From an uncultured beta proteobacterium (lineage in GTDB: Bacteria; Pseudomonadota; Gammaproteobacteria; Burkholderiales; SG8-41): DNA of 64,000 nt. The notes beneath the pieces were generated by a model, which had not been told where the DNA came from, did not search any database, and was given only the letters and a program-made list of their open reading frames with translations. The DNA is taken from NCBI GenBank assembly GCA_902825845.1, contig CADECM010000005.1, forward strand, positions 5,048 to 69,047, read 5' to 3'. Below are positions 29,246 to 39,424 of the stretch, piece after piece. Positions within the stretch are counted from its first letter, which is position 1. Every line of letters starts with the position of its first letter. The position numbers were made by a program, and so were the translations under genes.

Positions 29246-29290
29246 TCGATCCATGGGCGCAAGGCGCCCGCCACTTACGGAGATTACATC

Positions 29291-29716
29291 ATGGTAAATA
29301 TTGCTCGCTATTCACCCTTTGACGATGCATTTGACAACCTGTTTCGCGGCTTTCTGGTGCGGCCCGTTGCAATGGACAATGACGACACCACGGCGAAATT
29401 TCGCGCGGACATTACCGAAAACGAAAAGGCCTACACCGTGCACGCCGAACTGCCCGGTGTGAAAAAGGAAGACATTCACGTCTCGATTGACGGCGACCAG
29501 GTATCCATCACCGCCGAAGTGCGCCGTGAAAAGGACGTCAAGGACGGTGACCGCGTGTTGCGCACCGAGCGCTACACCGGAAAGTTCCACCGTGCCTTTG
29601 CGCTGGGCAGCCCCCTCGACGAAGCCGCGGCAAGCGCGCGTTATGTCGACGGCGTGCTGGAACTGACGCTACCCAAAAAGGCGGCGGCGGCAGCGAAGCG
29701 ACTGACCATTCAGTAA
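29291..29716 (+). CDS. Hsp20/alpha-crystallin family small heat-shock protein
   Basis: Contains DITENEKAYTVHAELPGVKKEDIHVSIDGDQVSI...FALGSPLDEAAASARYVDGVLELTLPKK. Confidence 0.9.
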   Translation: MVNIARYSPFDDAFDNLFRGFLVRPVAMDNDDTTAKFRADITENEKAYTVHAELPGVKKEDIHVSIDGDQVSITAEVRREKDVKDGDRVLRTERYTGKFHRAFALGSPLDEAAASARYVDGVLELTLPKKAAAAAKRLTIQ

Positions 29717-29737
29717 GCGCCTTCGGGCACAACCAAG

Positions 29738-29774
29738 GCGGCGGGGCGGCAGGGAAGCGCCCCGCCGCTTTTTT
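29738..29774 (+). terminator. Rho-independent terminator after hsp20
   Basis: Perfect 11-bp stem GCGGCGGGGCG / CGCCCCGCCGC with a 9-nt loop, followed by TTTTTT. Confidence 0.85.
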
Positions 29775-29784
29775 GCTCGTGTAA

Positions 29785-30729
<945 letters not shown>

Positions 30730-30778
30730 CCATGAATGCGTACGCAGCAGCCCTCCCACTCGCGCGGTAATACCCATC

Positions 30779-31441
30779 GTGCCACAGAGCCGGGACTGGA
30801 TATTCGATCTGGACAATACCCTGCACAATGCCGCGATCCATGTGCTGCCGCGCATCGACCGCGCCATGACCGCTTATGTGCAAACGCATCTGAATCTCGG
30901 CGCCGTGGAAGCGGATGCGTTGCGGCGCAGTTACTGGCAACGCTACGGCGCCACCATCCTGGGGCTGATACGGCATCACGGCACCGACCCCGCGCATTTC
31001 CTGTGGCACACGCACCAGTTTCCCGACCTTCATCAGGTGCTGGTGGCGGAACCCATGCTGCGCGCAACATTGACGCGGCTGCCCGGACGCAAGTTCGTGT
31101 TTTCCAACGCACCGGTGCATTACGCCATGGCGGTACTGCGCGGGCTGCGCATCAGCGATCTGTTTGCCGGCGTCTACGCCATCGAACACACGCGCTACCG
31201 GCCGAAGCCCGATACCTTCGGCTTCCTGCGACTCATCCGCAGCCACCGCTTGCATCCGCGCCGCTGTATCATGGTTGAGGACAAGCTTGAAAATCTGAGA
31301 ACAGCCAAACGCCTGGGAATGAAAACGGTGTGGCTGACCGGCGCGCTGGTCACGCGCGGCATGGCGCCGGGGTATGTCGACAAGACCGCGCGCAGCGTGG
31401 CGAAGCTGCCATCGCTGCTTAAACAATTACAACCGCTCTAG
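30779..31441 (+). CDS. Pyrimidine 5'-nucleotidase (HAD superfamily)
   Basis: WIFDLDNTLH (DxDxT motif), FSNAP, KP and a late VEDKLENL. Confidence 0.8.
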   Translation: MPQSRDWIFDLDNTLHNAAIHVLPRIDRAMTAYVQTHLNLGAVEADALRRSYWQRYGATILGLIRHHGTDPAHFLWHTHQFPDLHQVLVAEPMLRATLTRLPGRKFVFSNAPVHYAMAVLRGLRISDLFAGVYAIEHTRYRPKPDTFGFLRLIRSHRLHPRRCIMVEDKLENLRTAKRLGMKTVWLTGALVTRGMAPGYVDKTARSVAKLPSLLKQLQPL

Positions 31442-31456
31442 CAGCAGGGGAAACGC

Positions 31457-32041
31457 GTGGCCAGAACGTCAGACCGCAAGAATCAGATTCTTCAAACACT
31501 CGCCCAGATGCTGGAAGGTCCGGCAGCCGAAAAAGTAACCACTGCCGCGCTGGCCAAGCAACTCGAGGTGTCGGAGGCCGCGCTTTACCGGCATTTTTCC
31601 GGCAAGGCGCAGATGTTCGAAGGGTTGATCGATTTCATCGAGCAAACGCTGTTCGCGCTGATCAACAAGATCACCAGCGAAGAGCAAAGCGGACTGCGCC
31701 AATGCGAAGCTGTCATTGGCGTTCTGCTCGGCTTTGCGCAGAAAAACCGCGGTATGACGCGGGTGCTGATCGGCGATGCATTGGTGAACGAAAACGAAAA
31801 ATTGCAGGTGCGCATCAATCAGCTGCATGACCGGCTGGAGGCGACACTGCGCCAGTCGCTGCGCTTTGCGATGACACAGAACGCGGTCGCGCCGGATGTC
31901 GACGCCGCCGCCCAGGCCAACCTGATCATGAGCTGGGTGAACGGCCGTTGGCATCAATATGCCAAGAGCGGTTTCCGGCGCGACCCCACGGAATTGTGGG
32001 CCACGCAATGGAAGCAGCTGATGGAAGGCGTACTGGCCTAG
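31457..32041 (+). CDS. slmA: Nucleoid occlusion factor SlmA (TetR family)
   Basis: GTG start. Contains ILQTLAQMLE...KVTTAALAKQLEVSEAALYRHF and a later FGLLxF-like region. Its position after argB and the nucleotidase is conserved in Burkholderiales as I recall it. Confidence 0.8.
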   Translation: MARTSDRKNQILQTLAQMLEGPAAEKVTTAALAKQLEVSEAALYRHFSGKAQMFEGLIDFIEQTLFALINKITSEEQSGLRQCEAVIGVLLGFAQKNRGMTRVLIGDALVNENEKLQVRINQLHDRLEATLRQSLRFAMTQNAVAPDVDAAAQANLIMSWVNGRWHQYAKSGFRRDPTELWATQWKQLMEGVLA

Positions 32042-32082
32042 TCGCACAGACGTTTTGCAGGGCAATCACCGGGAGAAACACC

Positions 32083-32436
32083 ATGTCCAGTCTCACCACC
32101 GAGCAGCTTGCGGAACTGTTGCTGGGCGTCGCCCGCGCGCAACTGGCGATGGCCGATGCCGTCGAAAGCGCGAAGGCCGGATTCAAGGCCACGCACCTGC
32201 GCCCGGCCGTGGAAAGCGCGGCGCGCATCAAGATGAACCGGCCGGAAACGCTCGCGGATTTCCCGTCACGCCTTCTGCTGCAGATGCTGGGACGCAATCC
32301 ACCGCCGCAGGAATCGGTGACGCGCGAACTGACGGCCCTGCTGGCGGCTCACGCCGGTCCGGACAAGGCCATTACGCTGGACATGACGCAAGACCCGGCG
32401 GTGGAGAGCGGCATGACGCTGGATATGACGCGGTAG
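32083..32436 (+). CDS. Hypothetical protein (117 aa)
   Basis: The internal ATG is preceded by GGGAGAAACACC. The codon bias looks coding. No family was recognised. Confidence 0.5.
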   Translation: MSSLTTEQLAELLLGVARAQLAMADAVESAKAGFKATHLRPAVESAARIKMNRPETLADFPSRLLLQMLGRNPPPQESVTRELTALLAAHAGPDKAITLDMTQDPAVESGMTLDMTR

Positions 32437-32467
32437 ACGCCGCAGCCGCGGCAGGCGCGTTCGCGAA

Positions 32468-33226
32468 TTATCGCGGCGCGTGCGGCCCGCACACGACACA
32501 ACGCGGGTCTTTTTTCAGCCGTATGGTGCGAATGTCCATGGTCAGCGCGTCGATCAGCAGCAGCTTGCCGCTGAGCGGCGTGCCCGCGCCGGTGATCACT
32601 TTCAGCGCTTCGGCCGCCTGGATGCAACCGACGATGCCGGTCAGCGGCGCGAATACGCCCATCACCGCGCAGCGCACTTCCTCGCCTTCGCCGTCTTCGG
32701 GAAACAGGCAGGCATAGCAGGGCGCGCCGGCATCCCGCATGTCGAACACCGACACCTGCCCGTCAAAGCGCACGCCGGCGCCGGATACCAGCGGCTTTTT
32801 GTGCCTGACACAGGCGCGGTTGACGGCGTGGCGCGTGGCGAAATTGTCGCAGCCATCCAGCACCACGTCGGCGCGCGCCACCAGCTGATCGAGTTCGTTG
32901 CCGGTCACGCGCGAAGCGACCGTTTCAACCTGTATTTCAGGGTTGACACCGGCCAGGGTGTCACGCGCTGATTCCACCTTGAGTTGGCCGATGGCGTCGG
33001 TACGATGGACGATCTGCCGCTGCAGGTTGGTCAGATCCACCTTGTCGTCGTCGCACAACGTAAGGGTTCCCACGCCCGCGGCCGCAAGATAGAGCGTGAT
33101 CGGCGATCCCAGACCACCCGCGCCGATCACCAGCACGCGCGCTGCATTCAGTCGCTCCTGCCCTTCGACGCCGATTTCAGGCAGCAGGATGTGGCGGCTG
33201 TAGCGCAGTAGCTGATCGTCGTTCAT
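32468..33226 (-). CDS. moeB: Molybdopterin-synthase adenylyltransferase MoeB (ThiF/MoeB/HesA family)
   Basis: Contains RYSRHILLPEIG, VLVIGAGGLGSP, DLTNLQRQ and two CxxC pairs (CYACLF, CVVCG). Confidence 0.85.
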   Translation of the reverse strand: MNDDQLLRYSRHILLPEIGVEGQERLNAARVLVIGAGGLGSPITLYLAAAGVGTLTLCDDDKVDLTNLQRQIVHRTDAIGQLKVESARDTLAGVNPEIQVETVASRVTGNELDQLVARADVVLDGCDNFATRHAVNRACVRHKKPLVSGAGVRFDGQVSVFDMRDAGAPCYACLFPEDGEGEEVRCAVMGVFAPLTGIVGCIQAAEALKVITGAGTPLSGKLLLIDALTMDIRTIRLKKDPRCVVCGPHAPR

Positions 33227-33275
33227 ATGAAAGACGCCCGGTCGGGCACAGCGCGACCGGGCGACAGTTTTATTG

Positions 33276-33293
33276 TAAGTATTTGTTTTTAAA
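33276..33293 (-). repeat. AT-rich motif, copy H
   Basis: The minus strand reads TTTAAAAACAAATACTTA. Lies 7 nt downstream of the ctpA stop. Confidence 0.8.
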
Positions 33294-33299
33294 TGATTT

Positions 33300-34718
33300 T
33301 TAGTCTGCGCCCGTAGAAGAGCGCGATTTCAGGAATGCCATCGCCTGATTCAGTTCATAGTCTTTTTTCGACACCACCTCGCCAGGCGCGGGCCGCAGTT
33401 CCTTGGGATCGACTTCGACGCGTGCATCCGGCGTGAATTTGTACTTGGCGTGTGCGGCCTCCGCGACCTTGTCCTTGTCGTCGGCTGCAGGCGCCTTGCC
33501 ACTCTCCAGATGCTTGGTGAGATCGGCTTCGCGTATGCGCAGGCTGGCATTCTTGTCGATGGCACTTTGCAGCGGGATGTCGGGCGTGATGCCCTTGGCC
33601 TGAATCGAACGGCCGTTCGGCGTGTAGTAGCGCGCGGTGGTGAGCTTGATGGCCGTGTTGTTGCCCAGCGGTAATATCGTCTGCACCGAGCCCTTGCCGA
33701 AAGTCTGCTGTCCCATGATCACCGCGCGGTTGTGGTCCTGCAGCGCGCCGGCCACGATCTCCGAGGCGGACGCCGAGCCGCCATTGACCAGCACCACCAT
33801 CGGCACCTTGCGGATTTCGGCCGGCAGCCGGCGCACAAAGTCTTCGCGGTTGCGGCCGCGCAGATAGAACTCGGGACTGGCGCTCAGACGCATCTTGGAA
33901 TCATCGGCGCGACCGTCGGTGTACACCACCAGTTTGCCGGGATCGATAAACATCGCGGTCACCGCCACCGCACTGTTCAACAGGCCGCCGGGATCATTGC
34001 GCAAATCGAGAATGATGCCCTTCATCGGGCCTTTGACGTGGTTTTCGATGGCCCGCGCCAGCAACTCGCCCGTGCTTTCCTGAAACTGTGTTACGCGGAA
34101 GTAGGCGTAACCCGGCTCCAACGTGGTGGACTTCACGCTTTGAATCTTGATGACGGCGCGCGTGAGCGTGATTTCCAGCGGATTCGGCTCGCCCTTGCGC
34201 ACGATCGTCAGGCGGATCTGCGTGTTGGGTTTGCCGCGCATCTGCTTGACTGCGTCGTTCAGCGTCAGACCCTTGACCGAAGTGTCGTCCAGCTTGACGA
34301 TGAGGTCGCCCGCCATCACCCCTGCGCGCGACGCCGGCGTGTCGTCGATCGGCGAGATCACCTTCACAAAACCGTCTTCCATCCCGACTTCGATGCCCAG
34401 ACCGCCGAACTCGCCCTGCGTGCCCACCTGCATTTCGCGGAACGCCTCCTGATCGAGATACGCGGAATGCGGATCGAGACCGGTCAACATGCCGTTGATG
34501 GCCTCGGTGATGAGTTTCTTGTCTTCGACCGGTTCGACGTAGTCCTGCTTCACCTTGCCGAACACTTCGGTGAACGCGCGCAACTCCTCGATGGGCAGCG
34601 GCAGTTGCGCGCGCGAGGTGCTCTCGCGCTGCGCAACGGCAGAAAAATTCAGACTGATGGCCACACCGATCAGCACACCAGCAATAATGAGGCCGAATTG
34701 CCCCAGTTTGTTACGCAT
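33300..34718 (-). CDS. ctpA: Carboxy-terminal processing protease (S41)
   Basis: Contains a PDZ region GLGIEVG...SPIDDTPASRAGVMAGDLIV, then DLRNDPGGLL and ASASEIVAGALQD. Confidence 0.9.
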   Translation of the reverse strand: MRNKLGQFGLIIAGVLIGVAISLNFSAVAQRESTSRAQLPLPIEELRAFTEVFGKVKQDYVEPVEDKKLITEAINGMLTGLDPHSAYLDQEAFREMQVGTQGEFGGLGIEVGMEDGFVKVISPIDDTPASRAGVMAGDLIVKLDDTSVKGLTLNDAVKQMRGKPNTQIRLTIVRKGEPNPLEITLTRAVIKIQSVKSTTLEPGYAYFRVTQFQESTGELLARAIENHVKGPMKGIILDLRNDPGGLLNSAVAVTAMFIDPGKLVVYTDGRADDSKMRLSASPEFYLRGRNREDFVRRLPAEIRKVPMVVLVNGGSASASEIVAGALQDHNRAVIMGQQTFGKGSVQTILPLGNNTAIKLTTARYYTPNGRSIQAKGITPDIPLQSAIDKNASLRIREADLTKHLESGKAPAADDKDKVAEAAHAKYKFTPDARVEVDPKELRPAPGEVVSKKDYELNQAMAFLKSRSSTGAD

Positions 34719-34783
34719 GGACTGCTCCACTGAAATCACGCTTCCGGCTGTATGAGCAGCGCGAATGACCTGTTTGCGCTGCT

Positions 34784-36031
34784 CTAGCGCCGCCTGACCC
34801 AGCTTAAAGGGTCAAACGGCTTACCCTGATGCCGTAGTTCAAAGTATAAACCTGAATCCCCGCTTCCGCCGCTGTTGCCGACTGTGGCAACCGTGTCACC
34901 ACCGCCGATCACATCGCCAACGCGCTTTAATAGTGTCTCGTTGTAACCATAAAGGCTCATATAGCCGTCGCCGTGGTCGACAATCAGCATATTTCCAAAC
35001 CCGCGCAACCAGTCGGCATAAACCACGCGTCCCGCCGCCACCGCCTTGACTGCTTCGCCGGCCCTGGCGGCGAGGAATAACCCCTTCCACGTCATTCCAC
35101 CATCACTGCGTGGACTACCGAAACGCCCCGCAAGTTCCCCCCGTACCGGCAGTGACAGCTGTCCACGCAACAGGGAAAACGTCTGCGCTACCGCAGGCAT
35201 CGCCGGACTGGCCTCAGTGCGCGCGACGGGTTCCTGGCGCACGCGCGCCGGCGCGGTATTTTCGCGTGGCGCCGCCGGCGGGCGCGCAATCAATTTGGCC
35301 AGCTGTTCGATCAGATTCGTCAGCCGCGTCTCATTGCGCCGCATGGCGCCGATTTCCCTGCGCTGCCGCGTGATATCCCGCGACAGCCGCGCCACCACTT
35401 CGGCGCGCTTGTGCTTTTCCGCTTCGAGGCGCCGGCGCTGATTCAGTTGCGCGGCGCCAATGCCGGCGAGTTCCCGCGCCTTGTTCACGCTCTCTTCGCC
35501 GAGCGATTTCAGCCGTGCCTGGCTCTCGCGCATGCCGCTGATGGCATCGCGGTGTGCACGCGATACATGGCCGAGATAGTGCAGGTCGCGCGCGATGTCA
35601 TTGGGACTCTCGCCGCTGAGCAGCAACCGCAGTGCATCGGGTGCGCTGCCGCCCTGCCGCACATGCTGCAAATGCAAGTGGCGCGCCAGCAGTTTCTGGT
35701 GTTCCTGCAGGGTCGCGGTGACTTTGCGCGTCTCGGCCTGCAGCGCCTGCGCGCGTTGCGAAGCGAGGCGCGACAGGCGCTCGAGTTCAGCCAGTTCGCG
35801 GCTGGCCTCGGAGATTGCGCGCTCCGACTCGCGCAGCGCGTCCGCGGCATCGCCACGCGATTCCTCGGCCGCGGCCAGTTCCTTCTGCAGCGCTTCGATG
35901 CGCGAGCGCAACTGCTGCAGTTCCTGCCGCGCAGTCGCGTCGCTTGCGGCCGGCATCGCGGCATTGGAAAACAACAAGGACAACAGCAGGACAGCCGGCC
36001 CGCGCGCCGTGCGCCGCGGCTTCTTTCGCAA
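34784..36031 (-). CDS. Murein hydrolase activator EnvC-like (coiled coil plus M23 peptidase domain)
   Basis: Long coiled coil, then a C-terminal GRVVYADWLRGFGNMLIVDHGDGYMSLYG...GNSGG. A TTG start at 36031 gives the signal peptide MRKKPRRTARGPAVLLLSLLFS. The longer ORF extension is Arg/Gly-rich and non-coding-like. Confidence 0.78.
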   Translation of the reverse strand: MRKKPRRTARGPAVLLLSLLFSNAAMPAASDATARQELQQLRSRIEALQKELAAAEESRGDAADALRESERAISEASRELAELERLSRLASQRAQALQAETRKVTATLQEHQKLLARHLHLQHVRQGGSAPDALRLLLSGESPNDIARDLHYLGHVSRAHRDAISGMRESQARLKSLGEESVNKARELAGIGAAQLNQRRRLEAEKHKRAEVVARLSRDITRQRREIGAMRRNETRLTNLIEQLAKLIARPPAAPRENTAPARVRQEPVARTEASPAMPAVAQTFSLLRGQLSLPVRGELAGRFGSPRSDGGMTWKGLFLAARAGEAVKAVAAGRVVYADWLRGFGNMLIVDHGDGYMSLYGYNETLLKRVGDVIGGGDTVATVGNSGGSGDSGLYFELRHQGKPFDPLSWVRRR

Positions 36032-36081
36032 CCCCGTTACTGCCCAGGGGTGTTGGCGTTCAATCGCTATCGCCCGCGTCC

Positions 36082-37620
36082 TCACGCAAATTCGAGCAGC
36101 GGTTTGCCGGTCATTTCCGCCGGTTGCGGCAGGCCCATCATCCGCAGCAGCGTGGGCGCCACGTCCTCCAGCGCGCCGCCGCCGGCCACCCGCGCCTTGC
36201 GGCCGATATACAGCAGCGGCACCAGGTTCAGGGTATGCGCGGTGTGCGGCTGGTGTGATTCGGTATCCAGCATGGTTTCGGCATTGCCGTGATCGGCGGT
36301 GATCAGCACCTCGCCGCCGATGGCCTGCATCGCCTCCACCGCGCGGCCGACGCACTCATCCAGTGTTTCGATGGCGCGGGTCGCCGCCGCAAGATCGCCG
36401 GTGTGGCCCACCATGTCGCCGTTGGCATAGTTGCAGACGATGGCATCGTAATGGCGGCTTTGTATCGCCGCCACCAGCTTGTCAGTGACTTCGCGCGCGC
36501 TCATCTCCGGCTGCAGATCATAGGTGGCAACCTTGGGTGAGGGCACCATCACGCGCTCCTCGCCGGCATAGGGTGTTTCCACGCCGCCGTTGAAGAAATA
36601 GGTGACGTGCGCATACTTCTCGGTTTCGGCGATGCGCAGCTGCTTCAGGCCACGTGCCGCGAGGTACTCGCCAAAGCCGTTGCGAATGCTTTGCGGCGGG
36701 TACGCCGCCGGCAACTGCACAAAATCCTCGCCATAGGTGGTCAGCGTGGCGAAGTAGCCCAGTGCGGGCGCATGCTCGCGCGTGAAGCCATTGAATCCCG
36801 GGTCGGTCAGCGCCAGCGTCATCTGGCGCGCGCGATCGGCGCGGAAATTCATGAACACCACGGCATCGCCGTCGTTCATGCGCACCGCCTTGCAGCCCGG
36901 CGGCACCACGGCCGTGGGCTTGACGAATTCATCGGTTTCACCGCGCGCGCCGGCGAGCAGATAGGCATCGGTGGCCGACGCCGCCCAGTACTGGGCCTTG
37001 CTCTGTGTGATCAGGTCATACGCGGGCTGCACCCGTTCCCAGCGCTTGTCGCGGTCCATCGCATAGTAGCGGCCGCAAATGGAGGCGATGCGGCCGCGGC
37101 CCAGCGCTTCGAACTTCTGCTGCAGCGCCACCAGCGACGGCTCCGCGCTTTTGGGCGGCGTATCGCGGCCATCCAGAAACGCGTGTACATATATGTTTTT
37201 GACACCGGCCGCAGCCGCCATGTCCACCAGTTCATGAATCTGCGACTCGTGGCTGTGTACGCCGCCGGGCGACAGCAAGCCGAGCACGTGCAGCGCGCGT
37301 TTTTTGCCGGTTTCGAGCGCCTTAAGCAGCACGGGGTTGCTGCGAAATTCCCCGGTTTCAATGGCGTGCTCGATCTTGGTGTAATCCTGATACACCACGC
37401 GGCCGGCGCCGATATTCATGTGGCCGACCTCCGAATTGCCCATCTGGCCGGTGGGCAGGCCAACCTTTTTTTCAGAAGCGTCGATCAGCGTGTGCGCGTA
37501 GCGTTTCCACAGCAGATTCCAGTGCGGTTTGCGCGCCTGGCAGATGGCATTGTTGTCGCATTCTTCGCGATGCCCGAAGCCGTCGAGGATAATCAGTAAA
37601 ACCGGTGTAACGTTCACCAT
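36082..37620 (-). CDS. gpmI: 2,3-bisphosphoglycerate-independent phosphoglycerate mutase
   Basis: 512 aa. Contains LIILDGFG, GNSEVGHMNIGAGR, GGVHSH and ITADHGN. Confidence 0.95.
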   Translation of the reverse strand: MVNVTPVLLIILDGFGHREECDNNAICQARKPHWNLLWKRYAHTLIDASEKKVGLPTGQMGNSEVGHMNIGAGRVVYQDYTKIEHAIETGEFRSNPVLLKALETGKKRALHVLGLLSPGGVHSHESQIHELVDMAAAAGVKNIYVHAFLDGRDTPPKSAEPSLVALQQKFEALGRGRIASICGRYYAMDRDKRWERVQPAYDLITQSKAQYWAASATDAYLLAGARGETDEFVKPTAVVPPGCKAVRMNDGDAVVFMNFRADRARQMTLALTDPGFNGFTREHAPALGYFATLTTYGEDFVQLPAAYPPQSIRNGFGEYLAARGLKQLRIAETEKYAHVTYFFNGGVETPYAGEERVMVPSPKVATYDLQPEMSAREVTDKLVAAIQSRHYDAIVCNYANGDMVGHTGDLAAATRAIETLDECVGRAVEAMQAIGGEVLITADHGNAETMLDTESHQPHTAHTLNLVPLLYIGRKARVAGGGALEDVAPTLLRMMGLPQPAEMTGKPLLEFA

Positions 37621-37705
37621 TGTGTCACGATAGCTTCATGTTTTTGATGCGTTTTTTACGGATGACCGCATACGGTATAATTCTAGCCCATTTCAGGAGT
37701 TCGCC

Positions 37706-38149
37706 TTGGAGCAGTTTTTCGCAACGTTTTTTACTTATGTGCAGAAGAGTCCGCTCAACATGGTGTTGTTGGGCCTTGCGATCACCTCCGGCGGCATGCT
37801 GCTGTATCCCTTGATCACGCGTGGCATGCGGCCCGGCGCCGAAGTCGGCCCCAGTGAGGCGGTAATGATGATCAACCGCAAGGATGCCGTGGTGCTGGAT
37901 GTGCGCGCGGACGGCGAATATGCCGGCGGCCACATCACCAACGCGCGCCACGTGCCCGAAAAGCAGATTGCCGAGCGCATGAAGGAGCTGGAGAAGCTCA
38001 AAGGCAAACCGCTGATCGTCAGTTGCGCCAGCGGACGGCGCGCGACCGCGGTGGTGGACACGCTGCGCAAACAGGGATTTGCGGACGTGGTGGCGCTGCG
38101 TGGCGGCATCAGCGCCTGGCAGCAAGCCGGCATGCCGCTGGAAAAATAG
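37706..38149 (+). CDS. Membrane-anchored rhodanese-domain protein
   Basis: TTG start after CAGGAG. One N-terminal TM segment. Contains VLDVRADGEYAGGHITNARHVP and the active-site loop CASGRRA. Confidence 0.85.
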   Translation: MEQFFATFFTYVQKSPLNMVLLGLAITSGGMLLYPLITRGMRPGAEVGPSEAVMMINRKDAVVLDVRADGEYAGGHITNARHVPEKQIAERMKELEKLKGKPLIVSCASGRRATAVVDTLRKQGFADVVALRGGISAWQQAGMPLEK

Positions 38150-38177
38150 TTCCCACTCAACGACCGACAGGAAGATC

Positions 38178-38435
38178 ATGGCAAAAGTACTGATGTACAG
38201 CACAGCGGTTTGACCGTACTGCGTATCCGCGGAGCGGCTACTGGCAAACAAGGGCGTCAAGGAAATCGAAAAGGTTTACATCGATCGTGATCCGGCGCGC
38301 CGCAGTGAAATGATGGAAAAAACCGGGCGGCGCACCGTGCCGCAAATCTATATCGGCGACACCCATGTCGGCGGTTATGACGACCTGTCCGCGCTCGACC
38401 GTGCGGGCGGACTCGATGCGTTGCTGGCGAAGTAG
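38178..38435 (+). CDS. grxC: Glutaredoxin 3 homolog with an in-frame TGA replacing the first active-site Cys (U-P-Y-C); selenoprotein candidate or pseudogene
   Basis: My own translation is MAKVLMYSTAV-TGA-PYCVSAERLLANKGVKEIEKVYIDRDPARRSEMMEKTGRRTVPQIYIGDTHVGGYDDLSALDRAGGLDALLAK. Apart from the TGA at 38211-38213 it is a complete, conserved Grx (TVPQI, GG.DD). The ORF track misses it because of the stop. Confidence 0.8.
38223..38241 (+). other. Hairpin 9 nt downstream of the in-frame TGA (SECIS-like position)
   Basis: GTATCCGC-GGA-GCGGCTAC forms 7 base pairs with one T/C mismatch. The apical loop starts with GG and lies 17 nt after the TGA. Confidence 0.35.
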
Positions 38436-38474
38436 CGCCACCGCAGACAACGCACACCCACGAAAGTATCCGCA

Positions 38475-38969
38475 ATGAGTGAACAACCGCAGCAACCGGC
38501 CGGCGCGCAGGACACCACGCAGCCGATATTCAGCGTCGAGAAGGTCTATGCCAAGGATATGTCGCTGGAGGTGCCCGGCGCGCCGGCGATTTACATGTCG
38601 AACGACGCGCCGCAGGTCGACGTCAATATTCACACCGCGGCCTCGGTTGTCGAAGCGGGCGCGCTCTACGAAGTGGTGCTCACCGCCACCGTGACCGCGA
38701 AAGCGGGCGAGCGCACGGTGTTTCTGGTCGAAGTCGCGCAGGCCGGGCTTTTCCATATCCGCAACCTGCCGCCGCAGGATCTTGACGCCGTGCTCGGCAT
38801 CCTGTGTCCCACCACGCTGCTGCCCTATGCACGAGAGGCGGTGTCGGGAACGATTTCGCGCGCCGGCTTCCCGCCGGTGGTATTGCAGCACATGGATTTC
38901 AACCAGGTGTACCAGCAGAGCCTGCAGGCACGCGCGGGGGAACAGACCGCCCCGGCGCAGACCAACTGA
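38475..38969 (+). CDS. secB: Protein-export chaperone SecB
   Basis: Contains FSVEKVYAKDMSLEVP and LCPTTLLPYAREAVSGTISRAGFPPVVLQHMDF. Confidence 0.95.
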   Translation: MSEQPQQPAGAQDTTQPIFSVEKVYAKDMSLEVPGAPAIYMSNDAPQVDVNIHTAASVVEAGALYEVVLTATVTAKAGERTVFLVEVAQAGLFHIRNLPPQDLDAVLGILCPTTLLPYAREAVSGTISRAGFPPVVLQHMDFNQVYQQSLQARAGEQTAPAQTN

Positions 38970-38970
38970 T

Positions 38971-39414
38971 ATGTCCCGCTGCGCCGCCGCCGCGTTCCTG
39001 TTCGCCGTGCTGGCGGCCCAGCAGTCCACGGCCGCTGATTTCCGGGCGGCCGCCGACACGGCCGTGGTGCTGTACGATGCGCCATCGGCACAGGCCAAAA
39101 AGGTCTACATCGTCAGCCAGGGGTATCCGCTCGAAGTGGTCGTGCTGCTGCGCGAATGGGTCAAAGTACGCGACGCCAGCGGCGCCCTGAGCTGGGTCGA
39201 GGCGAAGAAAGTATCTGCGAAACCCCGCACGGTAATGGTCAAAGTACCCGTCGCGCCCATTCGTCAGGCGGCCGACGAGGCTTCCCCGGTGGTGTTCCAG
39301 GCCCAGCAGAACGTGCTTCTGGAACTCACCGGGACAGCCGGCAGCTGGCTGCAGGTGCGCCATCGCGACGGCGTAACCGGCTACATCCGCATCGCACAGG
39401 TGTGGGGCGTCTGA
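38971..39414 (+). CDS. SH3-domain (bacterial SH3_3-like) exported protein
   Basis: Signal peptide [21 protein letters not shown]. Two repeats of the pattern ...[17 protein letters not shown] / [19 protein letters not shown] lies 2 nt after the secB stop. Confidence 0.7.
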   Translation: MSRCAAAAFLFAVLAAQQSTAADFRAAADTAVVLYDAPSAQAKKVYIVSQGYPLEVVVLLREWVKVRDASGALSWVEAKKVSAKPRTVMVKVPVAPIRQAADEASPVVFQAQQNVLLELTGTAGSWLQVRHRDGVTGYIRIAQVWGV

Positions 39415-39424
39415 TCAGGCGCGG

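Noticed and set aside
36032-36355. The upstream extension of the EnvC-like ORF.
   Set aside because: It is Arg/Gly/Ala-rich and overlaps the gpmI 3' end. The TTG at 36031 yields a proper signal peptide.
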